In this document: piece by piece, positions 27,133 to 35,255 of the stretch
How the letters are laid out: every line of letters begins with the position of its first letter
How positions within the stretch are numbered: the first letter of the stretch is position 1
Position numbers and translations under genes: made by a program
Assembly (NCBI GenBank): GCA_015228995.1
Contig: JADGCM010000001.1
Coordinates: 1 to 46,469, forward strand
DNA from: Magnetococcales bacterium
GTDB lineage: Bacteria > Pseudomonadota > Magnetococcia > Magnetococcales > JADGCH01
Direction: 5' to 3'
DNA length: 46,469 bases
The notes under the pieces: generated by a model
Told to the model about the DNA's origin: nothing
Seen by the model: the letters and a program-made list of their open reading frames with translations, nothing else
Database searches by the model: none

Positions 27133-27507
27133 CTACTGACACTTATTCATGTCGGGACGATCATTGGCGCAGAAATTAGGACCGGTGGCATCGGCCTTAC
27201 CATCCGCGTTAAAACCACCCACCAACTTCTCGGCGCCAAAAGCAGCGGTGATACCCTTATATTTGGTGATGTCGGTGCGGTCGTTGTCGCAAGCCTTTTT
27301 GGCCAAATCCAAACATTCCTGCTTGCTAGCAGCTGGCTTGGCTTGGGTGCAAGAGGGTTTACCCTCACACTTCTTATAAGAATCGGCCTCTTTACCAGCG
27401 CAGGCAACGCGCGTGTAGGTCAAGTTGCAATCCTCAGCAAAAGAGGGCAGTGCCAAGCCCAACACCACAGCGAAAGAGGCTGTTGCAATAGCAAGTTTCT
27501 TCATCAT
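27133..27507 (-). CDS. Hypothetical secreted cysteine-rich protein (124 aa, 8 Cys in the mature part)
   Basis: Signal peptide MMKKLAIATASFAVVLGLALPSFA. GGAGA about 10 nt upstream of the ATG at 27507. The ORF-track TTG start at 27546 adds a non-signal extension. No CxxCH or other motif recognised. Confidence 0.6.
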   Translation of the reverse strand: MMKKLAIATASFAVVLGLALPSFAEDCNLTYTRVACAGKEADSYKKCEGKPSCTQAKPAASKQECLDLAKKACDNDRTDITKYKGITAAFGAEKLVGGFNADGKADATGPNFCANDRPDMNKCQ

Positions 27508-27724
27508 GATCAGCGTCTCCAAAATGTGCTCGTCCAGTGATTCCAAACCAGGTCATTCGTTGACGGTTCGCTCGTCAGCGATGGCCGCCTCCTCACCTAT
27601 TGGTAGACGAGATTCCCCAAATCCTGGCAAAAAGTCAAGTCATCTTCTTGGCCTTACCTCATTTTAGCGATTTTTGTTGGTTTCCAATTGATTTTTTCCG
27701 GTCATGGGTGTACTCAGCAGGGTT

Positions 27725-29182
27725 ATGAAGAAAGTCTTTCGTGATCCCATCCACAACATGATCGCGCTAGAACGTGACGACGCTCTGTCCGGGAACGATC
27801 CCGTCGATTGGGGCGACTCCATGCTACTAGCCTTGATCGATACGCCGGAAATGCAGCGCTTAAGGGCTATTTTACAGCTCGGACCAGCGCGGTTGGTCTA
27901 TCCATCGGCGGAACATTCACGCTTTTCCCATTCCCTGGGCGTTATGCAGTTGACTAAGCGTATCCTACGCACGCTGTTGCAACTCTATCCCGGCTGGTTG
28001 TCGCGGCAGCAGTTACTGACGATCAAGGTGGCGGCACTGGTACACGATATTGGTCATGGTCCTTATTCGCATATTTTTGAAGAAGTGGCGGCTAACATGC
28101 CGGCGCACGAGGAGTGGGGCTGGCGAATCCTATCTGGAGACACCACTATTCACCGCGAAATCGATCAGCAATGTCAACGATTGGGACTATCCGAAGCGGC
28201 TTTCATGGCCGATTTGCAGGCGATCTTGGGCGACAGCAGTAACTCTCCCAAGCCTTTTGGTGGCCAGTTGATTGCTAGCCAGCTTGATGCGGATCGGATG
28301 GATTATCTATTGCGAGATGCCCATTGCACCGGCGTTGTCTATGGTCATTACGACCTAGAATGGCTGCTCCATAGCCTGCGCATTGGCCTAGTCAACGATC
28401 AACCGCGTCTCTGCGTTGACGTCACCAAGGGAATGACCGCCCTGGAAAGCTATATTGTGGCCCGCGACGATATGTATCGTCAGGTCTATGACCATAAAAC
28501 GGTACGTGCCTTCGAGGCGTTATGGGTCCATCTGTTGCAGACGGTACAGTGGTACTGGCGCGATACCGGCGTCTTGCCACCGGAAACGCCACCGGAATTG
28601 CTCCAATTCCTTCAAAATCTATACCACGGTAATGAGTTATCTGTTGCCCACTATCTAGCGCTGGATGACGCCGTATTGGCTTACGCCATCCAGCATTGGG
28701 CCACCGCACTACCCAATAACCACGTCGCTTTGTGTGAATTGCGCTGTAAATGCCGCATGCTGCGTCAGCGTCAGTTGGTTTATCGCCGTCTACGTTGGCA
28801 GCAAGATCAATCGGAATGGTTGACGTCACCGGCAGCAACAGAGGCCATATGGCAGTGGTTTCAGCAGGGGGCCGATACCCCAATTGATGTTATTGATTTG
28901 GACGGGACGACCTATCAGGTACCATTACACCTGCTGGTCTACATCGATCACCTCAATCACGCCCCTTACACCCATCAACACTATACTGCTGGTGCCGCTG
29001 ACCCCATTTACGTGATCGACAATGCCGGACGGGTACGAGCAGCCGAGCAGGTATCGGCACGGATCCATTTCTTGGGGCAGAATCCCCATCAGGCGGTACG
29101 GGTATTTGTTGATCCACGGGCGTTACCGTCCGTCCGTCAGCTGATCACCAGCCAACTACCGTGGCTATTTACTTCTGACTAA
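27725..29182 (+). CDS. HD-domain phosphohydrolase (COG1078 / SAMHD1-like dNTP triphosphohydrolase family)
   Basis: FRDPIHNMI start typical of this family, FSHSLGVMQL, LVHDIGHGPYSH, DADRMDYLLRDAHCTGV. The start could also be the ATG at 27704. Confidence 0.85.
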   Translation: MKKVFRDPIHNMIALERDDALSGNDPVDWGDSMLLALIDTPEMQRLRAILQLGPARLVYPSAEHSRFSHSLGVMQLTKRILRTLLQLYPGWLSRQQLLTIKVAALVHDIGHGPYSHIFEEVAANMPAHEEWGWRILSGDTTIHREIDQQCQRLGLSEAAFMADLQAILGDSSNSPKPFGGQLIASQLDADRMDYLLRDAHCTGVVYGHYDLEWLLHSLRIGLVNDQPRLCVDVTKGMTALESYIVARDDMYRQVYDHKTVRAFEALWVHLLQTVQWYWRDTGVLPPETPPELLQFLQNLYHGNELSVAHYLALDDAVLAYAIQHWATALPNNHVALCELRCKCRMLRQRQLVYRRLRWQQDQSEWLTSPAATEAIWQWFQQGADTPIDVIDLDGTTYQVPLHLLVYIDHLNHAPYTHQHYTAGAADPIYVIDNAGRVRAAEQVSARIHFLGQNPHQAVRVFVDPRALPSVRQLITSQLPWLFTSD

Positions 29183-31160
29183 CAACCAGTTGCTCCATAC
29201 CGGGTCCGGTGAGTCGTAGCGCTTTCTCCAACGAGCCACTACCCTGAGCCATAGTCCGATAGACGGCATAGTTGTGCAGCACCTTTTGCACGTAGCCGCG
29301 CGTCTCACTGATCGGGATAGTCTCTATAAACAACAACGGGTCGGTGTTACGGCGCTCTTGTTGCCACTGACGGGATCGCCCGGGGCCGGCATTGTAGGCT
29401 GCTACCGCCAGCACCATATCGCCATCAAACTGCTGTAACATCCGATGGAGGTAGGACTGCCCGAGGCTGAGATTATAGGGGATCTGTTTGAGGTTGATAG
29501 CCGTGGCCAGTGGCAGGCCCAGCTTCTTGGCCTCTTCACGTGCGGTAGCAGGCATCAGCTGCATTAATCCCATAGCACCCGCTGAGGAGATGACCCGCTG
29601 GGAAAAGCGGCTTTCTTGGCGGGTCACGGCCCAAATCAAAGCTGGATCCAGTAGCCATCCCTGACTGGGCAGCCAATTGGGGGTTGGATAAAGTCCGCGC
29701 CACATCGGTTCGCCGCCTTCCGTGAGCAGCGATTCAGCGATACGGGTCGCCTGATTGGGGGCCTGAAATTCCAGCGCCAAGCAGACCAATTCACGTTTAC
29801 TGATCCCATAACTACGTCCTAACTTATCTACTTCAGCGCCATTGTGATAGCCACGACCAACGTCTCGTAGCAGACGCATCCGGCGTAACTCACGATGAAT
29901 CGTTTCTGGCTGTCGCATCAGGTCGGGGCAGGGGACAGCACTGGTCATAGCTGGCCAGACAACCTCGCCGCGCTGTTTCTCCAATGCCAGCATCCCATAG
30001 AGGGTTTCTGGATGATGTGCCGCCTGTTCCAGCAACAGCTGTTGCTGCGGGTCGTTGCCTACCATCAGGCGTGCCGCCCATACAGCTCCTTGAGTGCGTT
30101 GATGGGCCGTTTGCCCTTCAGTAGCCAAAGTACGAAAACGGGCACCAGCTGTCGTTATGTCCCCTTGTAAATGGGCGATCAAACCGGCATACCAGAGCGA
30201 ATCAGACCACTTGCTGCCACGTTCCTGGACATTGAGTTCAATCAGACTGCGTGCCTGAGAATTATTCTTTTCCTGTTTATCTTGGAACAATAATTCCCGT
30301 ACCAGCTGCAAACGGGCCTTATGGCGACTCTCCTCTGGTATATACTGGGCCTCTGGAGATTGTAGTAACTGCATAGCCATGGTATGGGGCTGTTGGCGTA
30401 ACAACCCTTCCAGACGTGCCTGCCACAAATCAGCTGAAGTGGCTTGAGGAGCGGGGAGGGCACGGTATAGATCTTCAAAACGGGGGTTGATTAGATAGGC
30501 GGCTTCCACCACTTGCCAGTAACGCTGCCGTGCCGCAGGCAGTTTACTGATCACCACATGCAGGGCCTCAATGCGATCTCGACGCAACAACACCCGGGCA
30601 CGACTCTCATGTTCTTCTGGTGTCAGCCGCAACGCCAGGGGTTGGGCCAATTGCTCCAGCTTGGTCGATAGGGCATGGCCGTGGCTGTAATAACTCCGCC
30701 ACAACGGTTCTGCTTCCTGGTATAAGGCGCGTGCTAGCAACAATTCCAGATAGCGGCCCTGCATCTCTGGGGTACGGTTGGGGCGTTGTTTCAGCCACGC
30801 CAATATCTCATCGTCGCTCCCTTGCTCAAGTATATGGGTGTCCATCAGGGTGCGTACTTTGGCCGCATGGGCATGATCAGGCCACAGCTGCAAAAAACGG
30901 CGCAACTCGGCCAATTTTGGCGTACGATTACCATGTTCGAGCAGTTCAAATTCGAGGTATGAGTGCAGCAGCTGATCGCGTGGCCAGAGACTGCGATCCA
31001 TGACTGGGGTGTTCTCAATCGGTTGGCCGCTATCCAACAACTGGAATAAGTTCCGATAGGCCGTGGTCACCTCAGTGTCGGAGTCGGTGTGGCCAACTGT
31101 CACCGCAAGCGCCACGATGGCTAGGGTGGGTATAAATTTGGACGAGTAGGACACGATCAA
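29169..31160 (-). CDS. slt: Soluble lytic murein transglycosylase (Slt70-like: superhelical N-terminal domain plus SLT domain)
   Basis: C-terminal SLT motifs WAVTRQESRFS, GLMQLMPATA, AAYNAGPGR. Long helical-repeat N-terminal region with a signal-like start. TTG start overlaps the ftsY stop. Confidence 0.88.
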   Translation of the reverse strand: MIVSYSSKFIPTLAIVALAVTVGHTDSDTEVTTAYRNLFQLLDSGQPIENTPVMDRSLWPRDQLLHSYLEFELLEHGNRTPKLAELRRFLQLWPDHAHAAKVRTLMDTHILEQGSDDEILAWLKQRPNRTPEMQGRYLELLLARALYQEAEPLWRSYYSHGHALSTKLEQLAQPLALRLTPEEHESRARVLLRRDRIEALHVVISKLPAARQRYWQVVEAAYLINPRFEDLYRALPAPQATSADLWQARLEGLLRQQPHTMAMQLLQSPEAQYIPEESRHKARLQLVRELLFQDKQEKNNSQARSLIELNVQERGSKWSDSLWYAGLIAHLQGDITTAGARFRTLATEGQTAHQRTQGAVWAARLMVGNDPQQQLLLEQAAHHPETLYGMLALEKQRGEVVWPAMTSAVPCPDLMRQPETIHRELRRMRLLRDVGRGYHNGAEVDKLGRSYGISKRELVCLALEFQAPNQATRIAESLLTEGGEPMWRGLYPTPNWLPSQGWLLDPALIWAVTRQESRFSQRVISSAGAMGLMQLMPATAREEAKKLGLPLATAINLKQIPYNLSLGQSYLHRMLQQFDGDMVLAVAAYNAGPGRSRQWQQERRNTDPLLFIETIPISETRGYVQKVLHNYAVYRTMAQGSGSLEKALRLTGPGMEQLVVSQK

Positions 31161-32059
31161 TTGCCGCCAAAAAGGGCCGAGGCAAATTCGGCTGGTTGAA
31201 AGGGCTTGAGGTCGTCAATCCCCTCGCCAACCCCTACATAACGAATCGGTAGTTGAAATTGCTCATGAATTCCCACCACCACCCCGCCACGAGCGGTGCC
31301 ATCTAATTTGGTGATGATCAGTCCGGTCAAGCCAATCATGCCATGAAACGCCTTGACCTGATTGATGGCATTTTGACCGGTGGTGGCATCCAGTACCAAC
31401 CAAACATCGTGTGGCGCCGTAGCCTGCTGTCGTGTCAGGATACGTTGGATCTTTTTGAGCTCTTCCATTAGGTTGTCACGGGTATGCAGTCGACCGGCCG
31501 TATCGACGATCAATAGATCACAACCGCGCGAGACCGCAGCAGCGTGGGCATCGAAGACCACTGAGGCACTATCGGCATTTTGTCCCTGGGCAATGACCGG
31601 ACAGCCCGCCCGCTGTCCCCATATCTTGAGCTGATCGACGGCAGCGGCGCGAAAGGTATCACCGGCTGCCAGCAATACGTTCTTGCCTTCCTCCCTGAAT
31701 TGCCAAGCCAGCTTGCCAATAGTGGTTGTTTTGCCAACGCCATTGACCCCGACGATGAGAATGACATGGGGCCGGTGGGCGCAGGTCCAAGGGGACTGAT
31801 GATTGGACAGTCGCTCCTGAATCACCACAGCCAGTGCTTGCCGAAAACGGTCGGCGTCGTGTTTTTCGCGCTGACGGGCATCCTTGATGATGGCGGCCGC
31901 AACCTCAACACCAAAGTCAGAAGTAATCAATAGGGCCTCTAGTTCCTCAATGACGGCATCATCCAGGCGCGCCCCTATAGGGAGAATGGCATCGAGTTTT
32001 TCTGCCAATACCTGCCGTGTTTTCGACAGACCCTCTTTTAAGCGCTGGAAAAAGGACAT
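31157..32059 (-). CDS. ftsY: Signal recognition particle receptor FtsY (short form, NG domain only)
   Basis: GVNGVGKTTTIGKLA, AAGDTFRAAA, DTAGRLH, TKLDGTARGG GTPase motifs. Confidence 0.93.
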   Translation of the reverse strand: MSFFQRLKEGLSKTRQVLAEKLDAILPIGARLDDAVIEELEALLITSDFGVEVAAAIIKDARQREKHDADRFRQALAVVIQERLSNHQSPWTCAHRPHVILIVGVNGVGKTTTIGKLAWQFREEGKNVLLAAGDTFRAAAVDQLKIWGQRAGCPVIAQGQNADSASVVFDAHAAAVSRGCDLLIVDTAGRLHTRDNLMEELKKIQRILTRQQATAPHDVWLVLDATTGQNAINQVKAFHGMIGLTGLIITKLDGTARGGVVVGIHEQFQLPIRYVGVGEGIDDLKPFQPAEFASALFGGN

Positions 32060-32094
32060 AGCCAGATTACCCCTCCTTTGGCGAACCGTCTCTT

Positions 32095-32313
32095 TTAGGC
32101 GGTTGGTAACAAACCAAATCTATTTAGAAATTGTTTAATCTCTTGCTCTTTATCTTGGAACGACCGGACTCTACCCTCAATCTCGTAGGGACTTTTTCCG
32201 GTCATATCGGCTATGGCAGCGCTGATGGATTCCAGATCAGCTTTAAGTTGTTCCAACTGCGCAATGTCTGCCGGAGTAAGGGTCGGGTAGGGCTTCATAG
32301 TCTGATGGTTCAT
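32095..32313 (-). CDS. Hypothetical small helical protein (72 aa)
   Basis: ATG at 32313 with GGAGA about 8 nt upstream. Predicted helical, charged sequence (…ADIAQLEQLKADLESISAAIADM…). Overlaps the 3' end of the cupin ORF in another frame. Confidence 0.45.
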   Translation of the reverse strand: MNHQTMKPYPTLTPADIAQLEQLKADLESISAAIADMTGKSPYEIEGRVRSFQDKEQEIKQFLNRFGLLPTA

Positions 32314-32668
32314 TTTCCATCTCCGTGTCTTCGTGGGTGTAAGCTGGACTGCAACAGCAGAGAATATGCAGCGGTGCTTCCTCCAAGGCAGTGACACTGT
32401 GGGGCACACCAGGCGCAATGCGTATTGTGTCACCCGCTCTGATGACAAAACAATCATCGCCCAGGTTCATGCTGCCAACTCCGCTGGTAACGTGGTAGAT
32501 CTCTTCCGTTATCCGGTGGCGATGTCGGTGTGTCTGCTCACCGGGCCAAACAATTGCCTCGGCTAGGCTTTGATAGCCATGACCATGCACCCGAGGGTGC
32601 ATCAGCTCGCGGATTTCCGAGCCATCCTTGGTGCGATACGCGGACACATTCTGGTAGCTTGTTTTCAT
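32243..32668 (-). CDS. Cupin domain protein
   Basis: Cupin motif 1 PGEQTHRHRHRITEEIYHVTSG and motif 2 GDTIRIAPGVPHSV. Start taken at MKTSYQN (32668). The upstream part of the ORF-track entry (to 32911) crosses the divergent promoter region. Confidence 0.75.
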   Translation of the reverse strand: MKTSYQNVSAYRTKDGSEIRELMHPRVHGHGYQSLAEAIVWPGEQTHRHRHRITEEIYHVTSGVGSMNLGDDCFVIRAGDTIRIAPGVPHSVTALEEAPLHILCCCSPAYTHEDTEMENEPSDYEALPDPYSGRHCAVGTT

Positions 32669-32857
32669 AGTCCAACCATAACAACAGCTAAAAACGGCCA
32701 TCATAATTGTTGATTCCTTGTTGGTCAAGCCGGAAACGACGTTCGTGCCGACTGCTGGTTCAGTTGTGAGTCCTTGTATGACGTGACACATTCGGGCACA
32801 ATGAGCCCCTGCGGCAGTAAAGGTTATGACACGATTAACTTGAGTGGGGTGTTCAGT

Positions 32858-33445
32858 ATGGATAACAATGAGGCCATGAAGTGGTATCGCCGAGCCGCTG
32901 AGCAGGGACATGTTCAGGCTCAGTTCGACCTAGGGTCGCTTTGTGAGCAGCAGCACGATCACCAGCAGTCGGCCCAGTGGTATCGTATGGCAGCCGAGCA
33001 GGGGCACGCTCAAGCTCAGTTTAACTTGGGTGTTCTGTGCGACAACGGTCAGGGGGTAGCGCAGGACGACGGTGAGGCGACGCGCTGGTACCGACTGGCG
33101 GCTGAACAGGGGTTGGCTGTGGCGCAAATGACGCTGGGCAACCGTTATGGTGCTGGCCGGTGTGTGCCACAGGATGACATGGACGCCGTAAAGTGGTACC
33201 GCTTGGCTGCCGATCAAGGGCTGGCCGAAGCCCAATTTAACCTAGGCGTCATGTATGACCGAGGCCGTGGTGTGCTCCAGGACGATCAGGAGGCGATTAA
33301 GTGGTATAGCCTGGCGGCTGAACAGGGGTTAGCCGTGGCCCAGTTTAACCTCGGGCTGGTGTATGGTCGATGGCGTCATTATGACCGGGAGGCCAAGTGG
33401 TATCGTGTTGCCGCTGACCAATGGCAACGCGTCCGCCCAATTTAA
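32858..33445 (+). CDS. Sel1 (SLR/TPR-like) repeat protein, N-terminal fragment of a frameshifted gene
   Basis: Five or more 36-aa Sel1 units (AxKWYRxAAEQGxAxAQFNLGxxY…). The frame ends at TAA 33443-33445 in the middle of a repeat unit. Confidence 0.75.
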   Translation: MDNNEAMKWYRRAAEQGHVQAQFDLGSLCEQQHDHQQSAQWYRMAAEQGHAQAQFNLGVLCDNGQGVAQDDGEATRWYRLAAEQGLAVAQMTLGNRYGAGRCVPQDDMDAVKWYRLAADQGLAEAQFNLGVMYDRGRGVLQDDQEAIKWYSLAAEQGLAVAQFNLGLVYGRWRHYDREAKWYRVAADQWQRVRPI

Positions 33446-34136
33446 CCTCGGTATGATGTATATCGGTGGTAAAGGGGTGCCACAGAGCGACGATGAAGCG
33501 ATCCAGTGGTGGTTAGCGGCTGCCCAACAAGGCTTAGTAGTTGCCCAGTTCAACCTCGGCGTTATGTATCAAAAAATCGATGAACGGCAACAATCTATCC
33601 GGTGGTACCGTGCTGCTGCCGATCAGGAAGAGGTAGAGGCCCAATTTATCCTCGGTAGGATGCACGACGCAGCGCAACCAAGCCTGCTGCCCCAATTTCG
33701 TTCCAGCGTCAGCACAGCTTACGACATCAACTTCGATAACACGCACCGTTCCAGCCAACCGCCGTCGCCAGATGATAATAGCGCCGATGTGGCTGCCGCC
33801 GAAGCAGGGGACATTGAGGCCCAAGTCAACCTCGGTATTATGTATGCCCAAGGGCAGGGGGTGCCACGCAACGACGCCGAAGCGGTTAAATGGTTCCAAA
33901 AAGCGGCTGATCGTGGCCATGCGCAAGCCCAATTTTTACTCGGCATGGCGCATGCGCTCGGCCTGGGTGTGCCCCAAGATTTGGTACAGGCTTGTCTGTG
34001 GTTTTATCTGGCGCTGTTACAGGGAGAACCGGACGCCATCGACGCCTATAATCACCTAGTGATGAACATGACCGCCGAACAGGTAGCCCAGGTGCAAGGG
34101 TTGCTGCGCAGTCAGATGGCTCCTGCGGAAGAATAG
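33363..34136 (+). CDS. Sel1 repeat protein, C-terminal fragment (Sel1 sequence resumes at about 33423 in the +1 frame)
   Basis: The frame carries GNASAQFNLGMMYIGGKGVPQSDDEAIQWWLAAAQQG… and further Sel1 units. The first ~20 codons of the ORF overlap the upstream fragment and are not Sel1-like. Confidence 0.7.
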   Translation: MVDGVIMTGRPSGIVLPLTNGNASAQFNLGMMYIGGKGVPQSDDEAIQWWLAAAQQGLVVAQFNLGVMYQKIDERQQSIRWYRAAADQEEVEAQFILGRMHDAAQPSLLPQFRSSVSTAYDINFDNTHRSSQPPSPDDNSADVAAAEAGDIEAQVNLGIMYAQGQGVPRNDAEAVKWFQKAADRGHAQAQFLLGMAHALGLGVPQDLVQACLWFYLALLQGEPDAIDAYNHLVMNMTAEQVAQVQGLLRSQMAPAEE

Positions 34137-34139
34137 CAG

Positions 34140-35255
34140 CTGAAAATTCTCTACCTCACCACCGAAGATTGGTATTTTTGCTCACACCGGTTACCCATCG
34201 CCCGCGCCATGGTGGCAGCGGGTTGGGAAGTGGTGGTAGCCACCCACGTGGTCAACCATGGGGCCATCATTGAACGGGAGGGATTCCGTCTTATACCGAT
34301 CCGCATGCGTCGTCAATCCCCATCGCTATGGTATGAGTGGCAATCGTTGCGTGAGTTGGTGCAGATTTACCGCCGTGAACAGCCGGATGTTGTCCACCAT
34401 GTGGCCTTACGACCGGTATTTTTTGGTACCTTGGCGGCCCGATATGTTGGATTGCCCCGGGTGATCAATGCCCTGACAGGATTGGGGTACCTCTTCACTT
34501 CTGCAGATTGGCGGGCCCGTTGGTTGCGCTATTGGATTCAGCCCATCTTGCGTGGCCTGCTGCGGCATCAATCGGTATCGGTTATCGTCCAAAATAGCGA
34601 CGATCAGGGCGCCATCCGCAACCTAACCGGACTGACCGAACAACAAATAGCCTTGATCCCGGGATCGGGTGTCGATATTCAGCACTTTACACCACAGCCA
34701 CAACCAGAGTACCCTGGTGGTGTGATCGTCGCAACGATGGTCAGCCGCATGCTGCGCGATAAGGGCGTGCCCGAACTGGTGCAAGCTGCTCGGCTGTTGC
34801 AGCAGTGGCAGATACCGGTACGCATCCAATTGGTTGGTGCCCCCGATCCGGACAACCCATCGACGTTAACTCGTGAGCAGCTACAGGTTTGGGATGCGGA
34901 AGGGGTGGTGTCGTGGCTGGGTGAACGCAGTGATATTGTGCAGGTGTGGGCGGAGGCACACCTTGCCCTGCTGCCCTCACATCGGGAAGGGATGCCTAAA
35001 TCGCTATTAGAGGCAGCCGCCTGCGGCCGGCCCTTAATCACCACTGATGTGCCTGGTTGTCGTCATTTGGTCACCGATGGCATTGACGGCTTGCTGGTGG
35101 CGGTCAACCAACCCGAGCAGCTGGCACGGGCGATTGAACGATTGGTGCGAGATGCCGATCTGCGCCGGCGTCTTGGAGCGGCGGCACGTGCTCGGGTGGA
35201 ACGTTATTATGCTGAAGAGGTCATTGTGCGGGAAACGATGAGGTTGTACCAGTGA
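34140..35255 (+). CDS. Glycosyltransferase, family 1/4 (GT-B fold); probable non-canonical CTG (or ATT) start
   Basis: C-terminal EGMPKSLLEAAACGRPLITTDVPGCRHLV (E-x7-E region). The conserved N-terminal strand LKILYLTTEDWYFCSHRLPIARA is in frame upstream of the first ATG (34209) and bounded by TAG at 34134-34136. Confidence 0.8.
   Translation: MKILYLTTEDWYFCSHRLPIARAMVAAGWEVVVATHVVNHGAIIEREGFRLIPIRMRRQSPSLWYEWQSLRELVQIYRREQPDVVHHVALRPVFFGTLAARYVGLPRVINALTGLGYLFTSADWRARWLRYWIQPILRGLLRHQSVSVIVQNSDDQGAIRNLTGLTEQQIALIPGSGVDIQHFTPQPQPEYPGGVIVATMVSRMLRDKGVPELVQAARLLQQWQIPVRIQLVGAPDPDNPSTLTREQLQVWDAEGVVSWLGERSDIVQVWAEAHLALLPSHREGMPKSLLEAAACGRPLITTDVPGCRHLVTDGIDGLLVAVNQPEQLARAIERLVRDADLRRRLGAAARARVERYYAEEVIVRETMRLYQ

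Noticed and set aside
32669-32911. N-terminal extension of the cupin ORF
   Set aside because: It crosses the divergent promoter region and overlaps the Sel1 gene start. The sequence is not cupin-like, and MKTSYQN at 32668 is a natural start.
32930-33946. Several 75-130-aa minus-strand and alternative-frame ORFs inside the Sel1 gene (32930-33235, 33329-33553, 33534-33932, 33719-33946, 33772-34059)
   Set aside because: They are mirror or alternative-frame artefacts of a periodic 108-nt coding repeat. The sense frame carries unmistakable Sel1 consensus.
32858-34136. Tandem DNA periodicity that could be mistaken for a CRISPR or satellite array
   Set aside because: The period is 108 nt and in frame. 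It encodes 36-aa Sel1 units with no unique spacers and no cas genes nearby.
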